The position numbers were made by a program, and so were the translations under genes. Below are positions 63,311 through 64,000 of a stretch of 64,000 bases of DNA, piece by piece. This DNA comes from Daphnia carinata (taxonomy: Eukaryota). A model generated the notes under the pieces. The model did no database searches. It was not told where the DNA came from and saw only the letters and a program-made list of their open reading frames with translations. The stretch is from positions 4,836,001 to 4,900,000 of the forward strand of contig NC_081332.1 of assembly GCF_022539665.2 (NCBI RefSeq). The letters run 5' to 3'. Positions within the stretch are counted from its first letter, which is position 1; the number at the start of each line of letters is the position of its first letter.

Positions 63311-63989
63311 TTAGGCGGTGGTGACTGGAACTGTTGCAGCAGCAGCAGGGGCAGCTTCAGGGGTAACAGGAGCTACTGGGGCAGCAGATGCAGCGGGAGC
63401 TGCTGAAGCAGCTCTAGCAGCAGCAAGGGCGGCTCGGGCTTCAACGTGAGCGGCCATATGTGCAGCCTTAGCCTGGGCGACTTCGGGTGTGTCCTGTACC
63501 TGGACTGGTGCTACCAAATTGGCGACGGGAGCGACGGGCAGGTCGTTGGACAAGACGCGGAAGCCGCGGTGATCGGCGGTGTATGAAACGCGGACCTCTT
63601 TGCCTTCGGGATTGAAGTAAGCGTAGCTTCCGATCTGGTTGCCGAAAGCATCGCGGTAGTTGGTGGATGCCTGTCCGGGATGAGCATAACCGAAATGGGC
63701 TTGACCCAACTCGTCCTGAGAGTGGTACTGGCTGGCAGTGAAGCTGGGAACTCCGTAGAACGATGGGACAGCTGCTGTCGGAACTCCGGCGTATGCAACA
63801 GGAGCAACTGGGGCACCTGGATAATATCCTCCAGCGCCATATCCGTAGTTGTTAAACCATTGGGCTTGAGCTGCAACAGCGAGAACCAACAAACATGCGA
63901 CCTGTTCAAGTGTAAGTAAAGTAAGTACATTTTAAAGATATGTGTTAGACAATGATTAGCTGAAGAATATGACTTACAGTAGATTTCAT
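63311..63989 (-). CDS. Cuticular protein with an R&R chitin-binding domain and Ala/Pro/Val-rich tail; exons 63989-63978 and 63901-63311
   Basis: Signal peptide MKST|VACLLVLAVAAQA; SQYHSQDELGQ...GSYAYFNPEGKEVRVSYTADHRGFRV; VQDTPEVAQAKAAH; AAPA/VAP repeats. Confidence 0.92.
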
Positions 63990-64000
63990 TTTGGTTCGCT

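Overview
Gene-dense eukaryotic (arthropod) DNA with many 55-75 nt GT-AG introns and AT-rich spacers. The style and gene content suggest Daphnia or a related branchiopod (inference). The ORF track only shows exon fragments, so I rebuilt about 20 spliced genes by hand. In order: RR-2 cuticle protein, small orphan secreted protein, cationic amino-acid transporter (SLC7A4-like), proteasome ATPase Rpt1/PSMC2 (with an apparent 4-nt frameshift), orphan type-I membrane protein with tandem ITIM-like motifs, two tandem double-BTB genes, CCCH+MJ1316 (LENG9-like), three-PDZ NHERF/Sip1, LDAH head-to-head with CPT2, RFX4-type factor, CEP83-like coiled coil, TUSC2, CYP4 with a premature stop, luciferase-family peroxisomal acyl-CoA synthetase, orphan membrane protein, intronless synaptobrevin, a Gag-capsid-like/RNase H1 fusion, OST-alpha-like, and a second cuticle protein. 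The strongest candidate for a novel system is the spliced, LTR-less Gag(CA-CTD)-RNase H1 chimera at 59248-60183, whose catalytic site is degenerate. The ITIM-bearing orphan receptor at 13825-15086 comes next. Family assignments rest on motif recognition from memory; no database searches were run.
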